Shown here in pieces: positions 38,229 through 50,969 of a stretch of DNA of 64,000 bases. Numbering within the stretch: the stretch's first letter is position 1; every line of letters begins with the position of its first letter. The DNA is from Octopus bimaculoides (lineage: Eukaryota): the NCBI RefSeq assembly GCF_001194135.2, contig NC_068990.1:6988521-7052520 (forward strand). The letters run 5' to 3'. The notes beneath the pieces were generated by a model. It searched no databases. It was not told where the DNA came from and saw nothing but the letters and a program-made list of their open reading frames with translations. Made by a program: the position numbers and the translations under genes.

Positions 38229-38936
38229 GGTGAAGCACGACTTTCGAACATTGGGCCTCACCGAGACGATGACTTCTGACTGAGACCTTTAGAAATATGC
38301 TGTGCGTGAGAAGACCCGGATAGCCAAGTGGGACCTAAATCCAAGGCCTCTGCCAGGGGTGTAGCCAGCCCACTTATGCGTACCTTTCCTTCATTGGACA
38401 CTAAACTCCGCTTGTGAAGACCTGTTGAGGCAAGTGAAATCGAAATCGAACTGAATTCGACGACTGGCACCCATGCCAACGTCGTCTTCTTCATTGGACA
38501 CGAAACTCGGCTTGCGAAGACCTGTTGGGGCAAGTAAAAGCGAAATCGTGGTGGCACCTGTGCCCAGCGTCGCCTTCCTGGCACTTGTGCCGGTGGCACG
38601 TATAAAGACATTCGAGCGAGATCGTTGCCAGTGCCGCTGGAGTGGATCCTATGCAGGTGGCATGTAAGATACACCATTTTGAGCGTGGCCGTTGCCAGTA
38701 CCGCCTGACTGGCCTTCGTACCAGTGGCACGTAAAAGCACCCACTACACTCTCGGGGTGGTTGGCATTAGGAAGGGTATCCAGCTGTAGAAACTCTGCCA
38801 AATGAGATTGGAGCCTGGNNNNNNNNNNGCTGTAGAAACTCTGCCAAATGAGATTGGAGCCTGGTGTAGCTATCTGGTTCACCAGTCCTCAGTCAAATCG
38901 TCTAACCCATGCTAGCATGGAAAGCGGACGTTAAAC

Positions 38937-38969
<33 letters not shown>
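38229..38969 (+). mobile_element. RTE LINE 3' end, same family
   Basis: cattgggcctcaccgag...gtgagaagacccgg shared with the 47.9 kb copy; (GAT)n tail. Confidence 0.9.
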
Positions 38970-39286
38970 ATATATATACATATTTGTCCAAAATCACGGA
39001 GACAGAGTAGGAGAAAAAGTATAAGTGAAAGGAGAGGAGAGAAAATAGTAATTCAGTGAAGGAGAGAGAGTGAGAGTAATACTCCTGACTGAGAGGGAGA
39101 GAGAGAAAGTAATAGCAATGGGAGAGAGGAAGTGGCAAAGAGCGTATCTTCTGTTTTCTGTCACAACATATGAGAAAGGAAGGGGTGATAGATGAATAAC
39201 GAAGGAAGAGGTGAAAAAGTCCATGTTTCAAGACTATGTGAGAATGTGTGTGTGCATGTAAAGTGAGGTGGGGGTATGTGAATGTT

Positions 39287-39289
<3 letters not shown>

Positions 39290-39380
<91 letters not shown>
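39290..39380. repeat. (TG)n microsatellite
   Basis: Direct reading. Confidence 0.98.
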
Positions 39381-39381
<1 letters not shown>

Positions 39382-40194
39382 AATGGAAATGGGATGGTGA
39401 ACGTTCAGTGCTGAAAAGAAAAATCAAACAGCATTTCAACTCAGTGCATATGTGAATGTTTGTATCTGTGATTATAATGTACCTTGTTTTGTACCTTATT
39501 GATATATAAAATACTACAATAAGCTAGTTTATAATAATAGTTAAAGTAACTTATTTGGTTTTGTATGTTTACTATGAATACTCATAGAAAACATTTAATT
39601 CCTTTTCTTTTTACTCTCATTAACCAACTTATGACAGAAGAACATCTGAAGAAATTCTTCCTTCAGAAGGTTAATATGTATTTCAAGGAAAATGAGTTTC
39701 TGAAAAATTAATCACTAGCTCAGCTGATCATTTCTGATAATTAACTTATTGCATACAGTGCTCAGGTGCACTAAAACTCATCAGAAAATTCATAATTTAC
39801 TGCATGAACAGTACATAGAATATGCACAGGAAGTGAACAGTGACTAAGTCTAAAAAAAAAAAGGAAAAGAAGAAGGAACAGGGGTTTGTGGTGCATCAAG
39901 TGTACTGTTGGCAAGTTTCAGGAAGAATGGAAGTTTTGAAATTGTGTCATTTATTTAATGAAGATCTTGATATCACAAAGTTGAATGACTACACAAAAGT
40001 CAACATTCGATGTTTAACACATGACACCTAAATAATATATTTGTTCTTCATGAGTATTTAGATAAAATAAAACATTTTTCTTGCTTGATAGACTTTGCTT
40101 TTTGTAAGGATTTGACAATAATTGTAAGGTGGACATTCATTCCTATAGATTTCTGTTAACTAATTCATACTACTAGATGAACATCTTCCCTTTT

Positions 40195-40490
40195 ACTTAC
40201 TTCCTCATTTACCGTCCGTTTTCCATGCTAGCATGGGTTGGACGGTTCGATCCGGGTCTGGGAAGCCAGGAGGCTGCACCAGGCTCCAGTCTGATCTGGC
40301 AGTGTTTCTATAGCTGGGTGCCCTTCCTAACGCCAACCACTCCATGAGTGTAGTGGGTGCTTTTTACATGCCACCGGTGCAGGGGCCAGAGGAGGCTGGC
40401 AACGGCCACGATTGGCTGGTGCTTTTTACATGCCACCAGCACCGAAGCCAGTCAAGGTGGCGCTGGGATCTGCCACGTTCGGATGGTGGG
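40195..40490 (-). mobile_element. RTE 3' tail fragment
   Basis: ccgttttccatgctagcatgggttggacgg is the reverse complement of the tail. Confidence 0.85.
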
Positions 40491-40739
40491 TTTTGAGCCT
40501 TAATTGTCTCTCCTATATATAAAACATATATGGATGGTAATTTATAAGTTATACATTAAGCATTATAACTTATTGCATAACAAGGCAAATAAGACAGTCA
40601 AAATATTCTATCAGTTTAATGTTCAAAGAGTCAGATCCAGCCTCTCACATCTACCTTACAATGTAATTCTAAAAGCAAGCAATGACATCATCAAAATCTT
40701 GAAGCTACAAGATAATGCATGACCGATTCAAAACAAGGT

Positions 40740-41067
40740 GAATAAACCTATATGAATTTGTTTTACAAGATTCCTGGTGTGAAATCATGTGTTGAAACAA
40801 ATATAGTTATACTTGGAGATGGTCTTTTTCTTTTTTGCAAAATAAACACACACATTACATATTTGTTCTTCACATCAGCTTTATTATTGTTCTTATTTTA
40901 GTGTCCTTTGTCTGAAATCTTTCGTCCATTCTCTGGACTAAACAGAACAGGAAGAGCCACATGGGATGGGGGAATTACTGAAGAGGTCACAAGATGTGTG
41001 GTAAAAGATTTCAGACAAAGGACACTAAAATAAGAACAATGATAAAGCTGATGTGAATAACAAATAT
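40740..41067. mobile_element. Short Penelope-family terminal piece with inverted duplication
   Basis: Homologous to 48590-48830; 64-bp inverted arms 40859-40922 and 41004-41067. Confidence 0.65.
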
Positions 41068-41566
41068 ATAATGCATGTATTTATTTGGCACCCCCCCCCC
41101 CCAAAAAAAAAACCCAGAAAAAAGAATGACCTTCCTGAAATATAAGAAAATGTAAATAAGTAAACTTTACATTTGACAGCCTAATCTGAATGCCAAATAT
41201 TATTCAATGCATAAAATAAATGATTACTAATGTGGTATAAACATTGTAAATTTAATGCATGAAATTCAATATATGATTTCCTAAATAGTAGATATGTTCA
41301 TGTTACAGGTACAATTTTTTTCATAGATTTCAGCCTTATTGATAAAGTAGTAAAGACTGCAGTTTGTATTTCTCTTTGTGTGCTCTTAAAAGCAAGCAAA
41401 TGACAATAACAAGGAAAAAAAAAAAAGAAAGATCTAATGTCAAAAAGCGTATTAGAAAATTGGATTTTCTGTATTGTTGGATACTGAATTAATGGAACTT
41501 TTACTTGAGTTGCTGATCCAAAATGATGTTAATATCTAATGGTTATTTACATATTTCTCTTTTCAG

Positions 41567-41610
41567 CTACCACCCATGCTCATTCTGGCCTTAGTAAAAC
41601 GCCATCAAAG
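41567..41610 (+). CDS. DNAH5: Dynein heavy chain (DNAH5/8-like) upstream coding exon, xTTHAHSGLSKTPSK
   Basis: Acceptor tttctcttttcag|CTACC and donor AAAG|gtagga; 44 nt, phase 1 in and phase 0 out, joins the 44365 exon in frame without stops. Sequence is not itself recognisably conserved; assignment rests on position and phase. Confidence 0.55.
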
Positions 41611-41646
41611 GTAGGAGTACATTTCTTTGTATTTTGTATGCACACA

Positions 41647-41678
<32 letters not shown>

Positions 41679-41679
<1 letters not shown>

Positions 41680-41752
41680 CATCATCATCATCATCATTTA
41701 ACATCTGTTTTCCATGCTGGCATGAGTAAGACAGTTTGACTGGAACTGGTAA
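41679..41752 (-). mobile_element. RTE tail remnant
   Basis: (cat)n ttaacatctgttttccatgctggcatg. Confidence 0.7.
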
Positions 41753-42288
41753 AACAAGCAAAAGAATGAAAGAAAGGCTGTCACCTTACAACAAAAGAAT
41801 TAAGTAAACTAACTTTCGATTCTAGAGAAAATGACTTTATTTTGACCATTGCAGCATAAACCATACATTTTGGATTATAAAGAAACAAATATCTTAAATA
41901 ATAAATGTTACACATGTATCTCTTCAGCAATCTACGATATAATCTAAGCTACTGCTTGGGTTTTGTTGACATAGTTCAAAGATTGGGAATGCAGCTGGTA
42001 ACAGTTTAAATAGTTCAATAGAAAACTATTCCTAATATCTTTCAAGCTATTCATTTAAACTTACAGCAGTTAATATTTTTAGCCAGTACACACACATATA
42101 CTGTTGCTGATGTCCAATCAACAAATCTCCTGTTGGTGCTGTCCTTACCAAAAATGTTTAAAAAGACAGGTAAGGTTTAGCAAAAGGAAAGGCAACTGGT
42201 TATAAAAGAATGCCAAAATAAGCTGTATTTGTCTATTTGGGACTAGGGAAAGACAGACATAAAAAAAATGTACATATATATATATATA

Positions 42289-43532
42289 CAGGGGTTGGAC
42301 AAAATAATGGAAAGACCTTAATATTTCAAACAAATTTAGTTTAATATGGGGTAGGACAGCCTTTGGCAGTAATTACAGCTTGAATTCTATGAGCTATAGA
42401 CTCATACTAAGTTTAAATTGTTTCCAAAGGAATTTTTGTCCATTCTTCAGCTAAAACAGTCTCCAGTTCTTGTAGTGATGATGGTGGAGGATATCGACTC
42501 CTTACTTATTTTCCTAAAATGCATCATAAATGTTCAATAATATTGAAATCTGGGGACTATGGTGGCCAGATAAGATGTTCAACTTCACTCAAATGTTCCT
42601 CGTGCCATTCAGTAAGAACTTTAGCTGTGTGAATTGGTGCATTATCATCCTGAAAGATTGTGTTTCCCTCTGGAAACAGTTCCGCAACCATAGGATGAAT
42701 TTGATCAGATAAAATGCTTAAACAGTCTTGACTATTAATTCTGCCATGAAGGGAAACAATTGGGTTGGCAGATTTCCAAGATATAGCCACCCTCCCTAGA
42801 TTATCACAGATCCTCCTCCATGTTTAACAGTTGGAAGAAGGCAGTCTGGGTCAAATAATTCTTTTGGTTGTCTCCACACATATACTCAGCCGGTGGTTGG
42901 AAATAAGGTAAAGGATGACTCATCCAAGAAAATAACATTCTTCAACTGCTCTAGGGAACAATTCTATGGGATTTTACTCCACTCTAAATGCTTTGCAACA
43001 TTTATTTTTGAAAGTAGTAGTTTTCTGATTGCAACCATCCTGTGAATCTGGCTTTGTACAGCTCCCAGCAAAAAGTTTTTGTGGAAACTGTGTTCTCAAG
43101 GTTGTCATTAAGCTCTGCAGTAATTTTGGGAGTTGTACTTTTGTGATCCTTTCTAACAATTTGTGTAAGAGTCTAACAGTTCCTATCTGAAAGTTTTAGT
43201 TTTCTTCTGGAGTTTTGTTTTGATGAGGAGGTTTTTCCCTCTTTCTCAAAAGCTGTCGTTACTTTTGAGACAGTACTTCTTGATACACCAAAACATTTCG
43301 GGTGTTTTTGTTACGTTAGCGCCTGCCATACAAGCACCAACAATTTGACCTCATTTGCATGAATTTTAATTACTTTTTTCTGATGATATCTGAAAATAAA
43401 CAGCAATTTTAGCAAAACATATTAAGCAACACTAAAAATAAATCAAAAGACAAAAATGAACAAGCTTTTGACATGTTATAGATATTTCAAAATTATGATG
43501 CTAGGTGTTTCCATTATTTTGTCCAACCCCTG
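42289..43532 (-). mobile_element. Tc1 (DD34E) element with both TIRs, decayed ORF
   Basis: Perfect 25-bp TIRs caggggttggacaaaataatggaaa, TA flanks, ORF piece IFQDDNAPIHTAK...HLIWPP. Confidence 0.9.
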
Positions 43533-43564
43533 TATATATGTATATATATATATATATATATATA

Positions 43565-43659
43565 CAGGGGTTGGACAAAATAATGGAAATACTTAGCATC
43601 ATAGCATCATAATTTTGAAATATCTATAACATGTCAAAAGCTTGTTCATTTTTGTCTTT

Positions 43660-43663
<4 letters not shown>
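43565..43663 (+). mobile_element. Second, truncated 5' end of the same Tc1, head-to-head with the first
   Basis: Reverse complement of 43442-43532 with 2 substitutions and an 8-bp duplication. Confidence 0.85.
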
Positions 43664-43699
<36 letters not shown>

Positions 43700-44364
43700 C
43701 GTATAGTAACATCGTTTTTGGAGAAAGAACCGGTTTCGTATTTTCTTTTCAAATTTCTCAAATTTCTTTACCTCTATTGTGTCATGTCTTTGCTATGTTG
43801 TGAATTATGGCGCTCCAGACAGGTGAAGGTAATCAGGAATTTTTTCCAGTATAAGGGAGATAATCAAAAATGTTGGGAATGATTAAGTTTTAAGTATAGG
43901 CTATGGCTTGGTCACCTTTATAAAGTTGTACAGGAAATAATCATACCCAAAGACTGGTGTAGTAGCATCAAAGCCAAATGCTTCGAGGGTAAAAGAGATA
44001 TGCCTCAGAGAGAAGTAGTCACAGAAATATCTAATTACTGGACCAGATCATCAAAGTTACTGAATGAGTTATAGCTCAATAAATTAGAAAGCTTAAATTA
44101 GATGCAGTTCCAAATATTTACTTGTATACCACCGTAAAACAATTCTTTATATCATAGTCTAAAATTAAGTCTTTCCTTTTGTAATCTGCTCCATACGATG
44201 GTCAAAATTTCAGTTAATAGAATAATTGTAATTCAATCAATATTAACAAATCAGTTACTAAGATGTCCTACATCTATAATTTGTTTCTGTAGTCAACAGA
44301 TAACATTCTGAATACATGAGTATTATCTGCTTCTGAGAAGATTTGTATTCTGATTTCATTTCAG

Positions 44365-44454
44365 CTCCTCCGGAAAAACATGCTTATGCTAGAAGAAGCC
44401 AAGAAGGAGTTAGAAAAACAGCTGCAAGCAGTTAAAGAAGAAAGGAAAATATCT
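44365..44454 (+). CDS. DNAH5: Dynein heavy chain (DNAH5/8-like) exon, LLRKNMLMLEEAKKELEKQLQAVKEERKIS
   Basis: tttcatttcag|CTC ... TCT|gtaagt; 90 nt, phase 0/0; C-terminal part aligns with recalled human DNAH5 QRLKGEKEAKRAL. Confidence 0.75.
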
Positions 44455-44671
44455 GTAAGTCTACTTCCTTCGCCTGTAGTTATTTTTGTGAATGCTGTTT
44501 TGTTACATTCTGAGTTTAAATCCCGCTGGCGTCATCTTTGCCTTTCACCCCTGATTGATTTTGTTACCAGTTTAGTCCTGGAGCCAATGTCATTGACTAA
44601 CTCCTTCCTGCAAAATTACAGGCCTTTTGCTGAAATTAAAAATAGATCTTTATTTTCAAGTCACTATAGTA

Positions 44672-44709
<38 letters not shown>

Positions 44710-44715
44710 TTATAT

Positions 44716-45020
44716 GTAAGCACAGGAGTGGCTATGTAGTAAGAAATTTGCTTCACAACCGTATGATTCCAGATTCAGTCCCACTGTGTGGCAACTTGGG
44801 CATGTGTCTTCTACTATAGCCATGGGCTGACTAAAACCTTGTGAGTGGATTTGGTAGATGGAAACTGAAAAGAAACCCATCATGTATGTGTGTATATGCG
44901 TGTATGTGCATGTGTGTGTGTGTCTGTGTGTCTTTGTATCTGTGTTTGTCCCCCACTATGACTTGACAACCAGTGTTGGTGTGTTTACGTCCTCATAACG
45001 TAGCAGTTCAACAAAAGAAC
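44716..45020 (+). mobile_element. SINE family A, 3'-truncated
   Basis: caggagtggctatgtagtaagaaatttgcttc ... gtgtttacgtcc. Confidence 0.8.
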
Positions 45021-46170
45021 CATATGCCATATGTCATACCAGCTGAGACTTCTTTGGTGTTCAATTTCTCATTTCGTCCATTAGCTGTGTTGGTTCTGTT
45101 GGATTGCCTTCTGGATTTTCTTGGTATTCTCTTCCCCTGAATTTCCTGTATTACCATGTCTCTCTTTGATTTTCTTTTTGCCCTTGACTACCACATCATT
45201 GAACCTAGTCTCTGCCTATTGGTATCCTGCTATTTCTTTAAACTCGAGCTCCTCCTTTACTGCAGCCAGCACCTCCTGAACTCTTGATTTTCTGCCTGCT
45301 CTCAGCCTGGGTTGAACTGACCTCACAGTCTTGTCTTGTTTCTGGAGAGCAACACCAGTCAGGCCAATTGGACACCAAGTCATTTTCTTGTGCATTTATT
45401 AATCTTGGCTTCAACTGTTCCCACTGTGCTAGTGCTGATATATATTGGCAAAAACCAGAGAAACTTTAGTATCTGCTTGACCTTCAGGCATCAAATTTTA
45501 TATTAACCAGACAGGCTTACAAGCTTCCCTCTGCCATTTCTTTGGTTTCAATTTCATTTTTCATGTCATTCAAGTTGTCATACCGCCTTCCAAAGTGCTT
45601 CAGTGTTGGAAAGGGTTGTTTGACTTCAGTGAATGGGACCTTATCAAATACTAACCCCTTCCATAGTGAGAAGCTCCACAACATTTTAAGCTTGAAGCTT
45701 GTTCTAGATGAGGTGGCTACCTTATCAAACTGCTTCAGTAGCCTATGTTCTAGTCTTCCCTTGTACTGTAATGTTATAATGTTATCTATAAAGACTCTTA
45801 CAGGAAGCATTCAGTATTCACTTCCAAGGTCTGCTAGACATGGACTACTCATCACTGCCTCCAAGATAGTCAGCACAAGCAATACTGGAGAAATAGCACA
45901 GCCCATTGCTATACCAACTTCCTGACTGATTCAGTCTATTGTAAAATCGTTTGTGGAGAATCATATCAAAAAGCTATGAAAGTACTTTTTCGATACTATT
46001 TGTATGTTCTTTGGGACATGATACATCTCAAGAGCCAGTTGGATCATCTTGTGTGAGAGTGATCCAAATGTATTTGCCAGATCAAGGTGTATGACATTGA
46101 AGTCTTTCTTCTCTGCTCTAACTCTTTGGATTGCTTATCCAAATCATTGAAACATGCTCTTTGCATCCAA
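45010..46170 (-). mobile_element. Decayed HERO/NeSL-like RT fragment
   Basis: LPVRVFIDNII...SRTSFKLKMLWSFSLWKG...PFPTLKHFGRRYD parallels HERO LPP.RAFMDD...ARMSFKP.KSRSL.LKKG. Confidence 0.6.
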
Positions 46171-47677
46171 ACATTTGAACTTAGAATATATATGCATTTA
46201 TTTTTTTAAAATTTATATTACAAGGTGATGACTCACTGAGGTTACAGTCCAGTGATTGATGCCAATAAAATGAAAAAAATAATAGAGTATTTAAGTTGTG
46301 ATTACTTTAAAAGTGAAAGCATTTATAATAAACAAGCCGGGATTTGTGGTTTGAGAGAAATCTGAACTTGGGAAAACTGTTTTACTTTGATTTCTCTAAC
46401 TTTCTATTTATTAATTCAAAATGCTTTATTGTACATTTATCATCATTCATGAATGTAAAATTTCCTCTTGAAGATAGCTGTGTTGCATGTTTCACTTCAC
46501 TATCTAAGTTAAGGACACAGATCTATAGTGTGATTGTTGACCTGACAGTTGGTCTGCTTGTCTAAAACAAAACAATGAGACAAAAGTATTGTATAAGCAT
46601 GATAGCATGGATAATCTGGTCACTCAATCTATTAGAAATAGCAGCAAACCTTCCACAAAATACAGTTCATAATCTGAAGAATCGGTGGATACATTGGCTG
46701 ATGGAGATAAACATGCACCAAATGGAATGGATATGCCTTGAAATATGCATTGATTGTTGATCTAGTCAAAGGGAGTTACATGGTATTAAACAATAACTGA
46801 GTTAACTAGACTACCTTAAAAAAGTTGTATCAAACCTGCCCAAGATATAGAAAAAGTGGAGAAACCATAATCTTTGTCAACATGTAAAATTTAAGTTGAA
46901 TGTGACAAACAATTAATGTTTTTCTTCAGCATATTTTAATAAAGAATAGTGAGTCACTACATTTCAGTAGGTAATAGCAGTCTTAACATTGGCCAGTATT
47001 TGAAAAAGGATTCTTGCACTCAAGTTAGGATAATGCCCCTTTCTAATTGCTGAAATTACTTTAACTAGATATCTGGTTAAAGAATCTCTATATCTTAAAG
47101 GATATAACATAATTATAAGCATCCTCCTTTGGATAAACAGATAAAAAAATAAAAGATAAGTTATGATACATATATAAATAATTAATAGTTTTCTTTTCTT
47201 TTAAATGTAACTGAGGTTAAAAATGATGAATTTAAGAAAGATCTTTATCTGCATTCTTCATGGTATGATCAGGAAAAAGATGAGATACTTGTGTTAATTA
47301 AACAGAATTGTAATTCCACTACGTACAATTTGTGTGAACTAACTAACACCTAAATCTTACGATATTCATACTACATGGGAACTTTCTGGCAGAAAAAATT
47401 TCCATAATTTCAACTATGTGTTTATGCATCAGGTATATTTTAAGAAAAGTTTTGTCAATTTCTTAAAATAGACGAAGTATAATCTACTGATTTAATCCAA
47501 AACTCCATTCTGAAACTGGATTTTTCACATACATTGAAATGAAAAAAAAAGTATAGGAGAGGTGTTTATCAGGCATAAGAATGCTTTTATTTAAAAATAT
47601 ATTGTATCCTTTTGTGTGTAATAAACTAAGCAGCAGTAAAATATTGGTGCAAATTATTTTTACAAATTTTCTTCAGT

Positions 47678-48375
47678 ATGCTCCGTTGGATGTGTAATGT
47701 CAATGTGAATACCCGTCAGAGTGTAAGTATCTTGAGAGAAAAGCTGAACATTAGAAGCATCAGTTGTGGCGTGCAAGAGAGACGATTGCGCTGGTATGGA
47801 CATGTGGTGAGAATGGAGGAGGATAGCTGCGTGAAAAAGTGCCACACCCTAACAGTTGAGGGAACCCGTGGAAGAGGTAGGCCCAGGAAGACCTGGGCTG
47901 AGGTGGTGAGGCAAGACCTTCGTACATTGGGCCTCACCGAGGCGATGACTACGGACCGAGACCTTTGGAAATGGGCTGTGCGTGAGAAGACCCGGCAAGC
48001 CAAGTAAGATCGTTGCCAGTGCCCCTGGACTGGTTCTTGTGCGGGTGGCACATGAGATGCACCATTTTGAGCGTGGCCGTTTTCGTGCGGGTGACACGTA
48101 AAAGCACCCACTACACTCTCTGAGTGGTTGGCGTTAGGAAGGGCATNNNNNNNNNNACACCATTTCGAGCGTGGCCGTTTTCGTGCGGGTGACACGTAAA
48201 AGCACCCACTACACTCTCTGAGTGGTTGGCGTTAGGAAGGGCATCCAGCTGTAGAAACTCTGCCAAATCAGACTGGAGCCTGGTGTTGCCATCCGGTTTC
48301 ACCAGTCCTCAGTCAAATCGTCCAACCCATGCTAGCATGGAAAGCGGACGTTAAACGATGATGATGATGATGATG
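47678..48375 (+). mobile_element. RTE-clade LINE, 5'-truncated, with open ORF C-terminus and (GAT)n tail
   Basis: ERRLRWYGHVVRMEED...GRGRPRKTW...DRDLWK motifs, followed by a 3'UTR ending ggacgttaaac(gat)n. Confidence 0.9.
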
Positions 48376-48569
48376 AAAACTCAGCTCTGTTTTCAGGAAG
48401 AATATCTTCTTTTGTTTTCTATTAGTAAGTATTTGAATTCATTGCTCAAACAGTGGTCTATGGATTGAGAGTCAAGTCATATAGATTCTACTGATCATAA
48501 CTTTTTTCATCTAGATCAAAAGTATCTCACTATGCCTTGTATTATATCATACTTTTAGTTGTAAATATC

Positions 48570-50695
48570 ATATATGTAGAGTTTGATACTGTTAAGGATT
48601 TTGTTTTACATTTATGCATTTGTTTTGCAAGACTTCTGATCTGAAATCATGTGTTGAAACAGATATTGTTATATGTTAGGATGGTCATTTCATTTTTTTT
48701 CTTTTTTGCCAAATAACCACACGCACTCTATACTCATCCTTCACTTCAGCTTTATCATTGTTCTTATTTTAGTGTACTTTGTCTGAAATCTTTTGTCATA
48801 CATCCTGTGACCTCTTCAGTGACTCTACATCCCACATATCTCCTCCTGTTCTCTTTAGTCCATTCTGTCTTTGTATGGTGTGTATCCTTATCTGCACATG
48901 CGTTTGCATCATTATCTGTGTGTGTGTGTGTGCATGTGTTTTGTATGTGTTTTGTGTGTGTGTGTGTGTGTTTTGTGTGTGTGTATATGGGTTCACTTAC
49001 TATACTGTTTGTACTCATGTCCTTTATTTAGTTTTTTTTTTCATTTATTTACCTATTCATTTCTCTATTTTTTTTTCTCATTCTGTCTTAAGTATGTGTA
49101 TGCATGTCTTTTGTGTGTGTGTATATGGCTTTATGTATTATACTATTTGTATCTGTCTTTTTTTCTCATCCTGTCTTTGATTGTCATGTTGCATAATGTG
49201 GTGGGGGTTGTTATTGTTCCAGTCATGTTTTTTGTTGAGGCTTGGTCTGTCAACTGCTATGTGTGTGGCCTCTGTAATCTCAGTGACATGACTCTTCTAT
49301 GTGTTAATAATATCTTAACATCTATTTTATTAACTGAGTCTTTATGTTGTAATTGAGCATGTTGGTAGAGCACTGATGTGCTTTTCTCTTCTTTGAGCTC
49401 CTACCAGTAAACATCTATCCACTCTCCTATACTACATGCTGTCTTCCTAATGTATGTTGTCTTGTTTCTGCACTGTATCTCAGTATGCTATAGACTACAT
49501 TCCTAATCTTACAGTTAACTTGTGGGTTCATCCTACATATTATACAGTTGTTCTCTGTCAATGGAAACCTTTTAACTGGATATGTTCTATTTTTATGGGG
49601 GATTTTATAGGGGTCCCTGGCCTTTCTAGTAGTTTAATCTGTAGATTTACCTTATCTCATTTTTTCCTAAAAAGGTATGCTAGTTTGCTGCCAAACATGA
49701 CACTCTGGTATTTTTGGTTGTCCTACCATGAGTTGGCTTTATCTATCTTCTTCTTGGTCCTTTCATTGCTATTCTAGGATTTATCCCTGTATAGCAGGCA
49801 AATTTCATTTTCATCTTTCTCTATGATGGCCTTGTACTTAGCCCTGGCTCCATTGTAGACTCTAACCCTGTCCCTTTGACAGTTGCCAAAGATCTGCATG
49901 CAGTGAATAAAGTGTTGTATGAGTCTAATTTCGTTGGGTCACACATGCAAGACACATGTCTCATCACTCTTACCAAGTCTGCTATAAAGATTTTCAGCTT
50001 GGCGTTGTCTGCAAAGCTGCATTCTTGTGAACCAGGTATTTCGAGGCCATGAGTTTGGCATAGTGGCAATGAAGTATCTGGACCTTATTATTCTTAGTTT
50101 CCAACTATAGTATGTAGGATGAACTCAGCTGGTTAACTGTTAGATTAAGAATGCAGGCTATAGCATACAGTGTACTGAAGGATGGTGCAGAAACAGGATG
50201 ACAACAACATACATTGGGAAGACAGCACATAACTTAGGTTAGTGGATTGGTGAATGTTGGTGGGAGCTCAAAGAGGAGAAAAGCTCATCAGTGCTCTACC
50301 AACATGCTCAATTAGAATGTAGATGTTAAGGTATTACCAATACATAGAATAGATATGACACTTAGACAGATAACAGAGGCCACACACATAGTAGTTGATA
50401 GATTGAGCCTCAACATAAATGGACCAATAACACCACCACACTATTCAATAACCACCACAAATGGAATAATAACTACTGTCACACTATGCAACATGGCAGC
50501 TAAAGACAAAATGAGAAAAAAGGACACAGATACAAACAATATAATACATAAGAACCCCCCCCACACACACACATACACGCACACACACACACACACACAC
50601 AAGGCACACATATTCATACTTAAGATGGAATGAGAAAAATAGAGAGATGAATAAGTAAATAAAGGAAGAAAAAAGACTAAATTAAGGACACAGAT
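48570..50695. mobile_element. Penelope-like composite: minus-strand copy plus an inverted plus-strand copy
   Basis: GIY-YIG motif on both arms (minus NVVYSI..YIRKTA; plus GYSIQC..YIGKTAHNL..KSSSVLYQHA); arms about 49010-49555 and 50095-50695 are inverted homologues. Confidence 0.7.
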
Positions 50696-50969
50696 TTGCT
50701 GAATCCAGATTGATTTGAAGCTAGACTACAAAGAAGTTATAATTATGTCCAGCAGTAGAGCATTAATGAAAGGGAACAGGAATATTCTGTGCTTATAAAG
50801 ATTCTATGAGCAAACTGGTTGTTCAGTATTCTTCTCCGCCATCTCCCTCCAAAAGGAAAGGAATATTCTGAGAAACTGAAATGTAATCTGATACTATTTA
50901 TTAGAAGAAGACATAACTTGCCTCTAATACTGTATTGTCCAGAAATAATTAATTTTATTTTATTTTCAG

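Larger units (their letters stand above)
37991..39740. repeat. Pair of ~200-bp diverged direct repeats (37991-38188 and 39534-39740)
   Basis: Shared aacttatttggttttgtatgtttactatgaat ... acatctgaagaaatt ... aatcactag. Confidence 0.85.

Noticed and set aside
38410-38445. CTGTTGAGGCAAGTGAAA in the RTE 3'UTR as a hammerhead
   Set aside because: The core deviates (CUGUUGA), there is no stem II, and the second module copy does not keep the motif.
38783-38870. Apparent tandem duplications flanking 10-N gaps (also 21009-21075 and 48060-48245)
   Set aside because: Identical sequence on both sides of a 10-N spacer is typical of unmerged overlapping contig ends, an assembly artefact.
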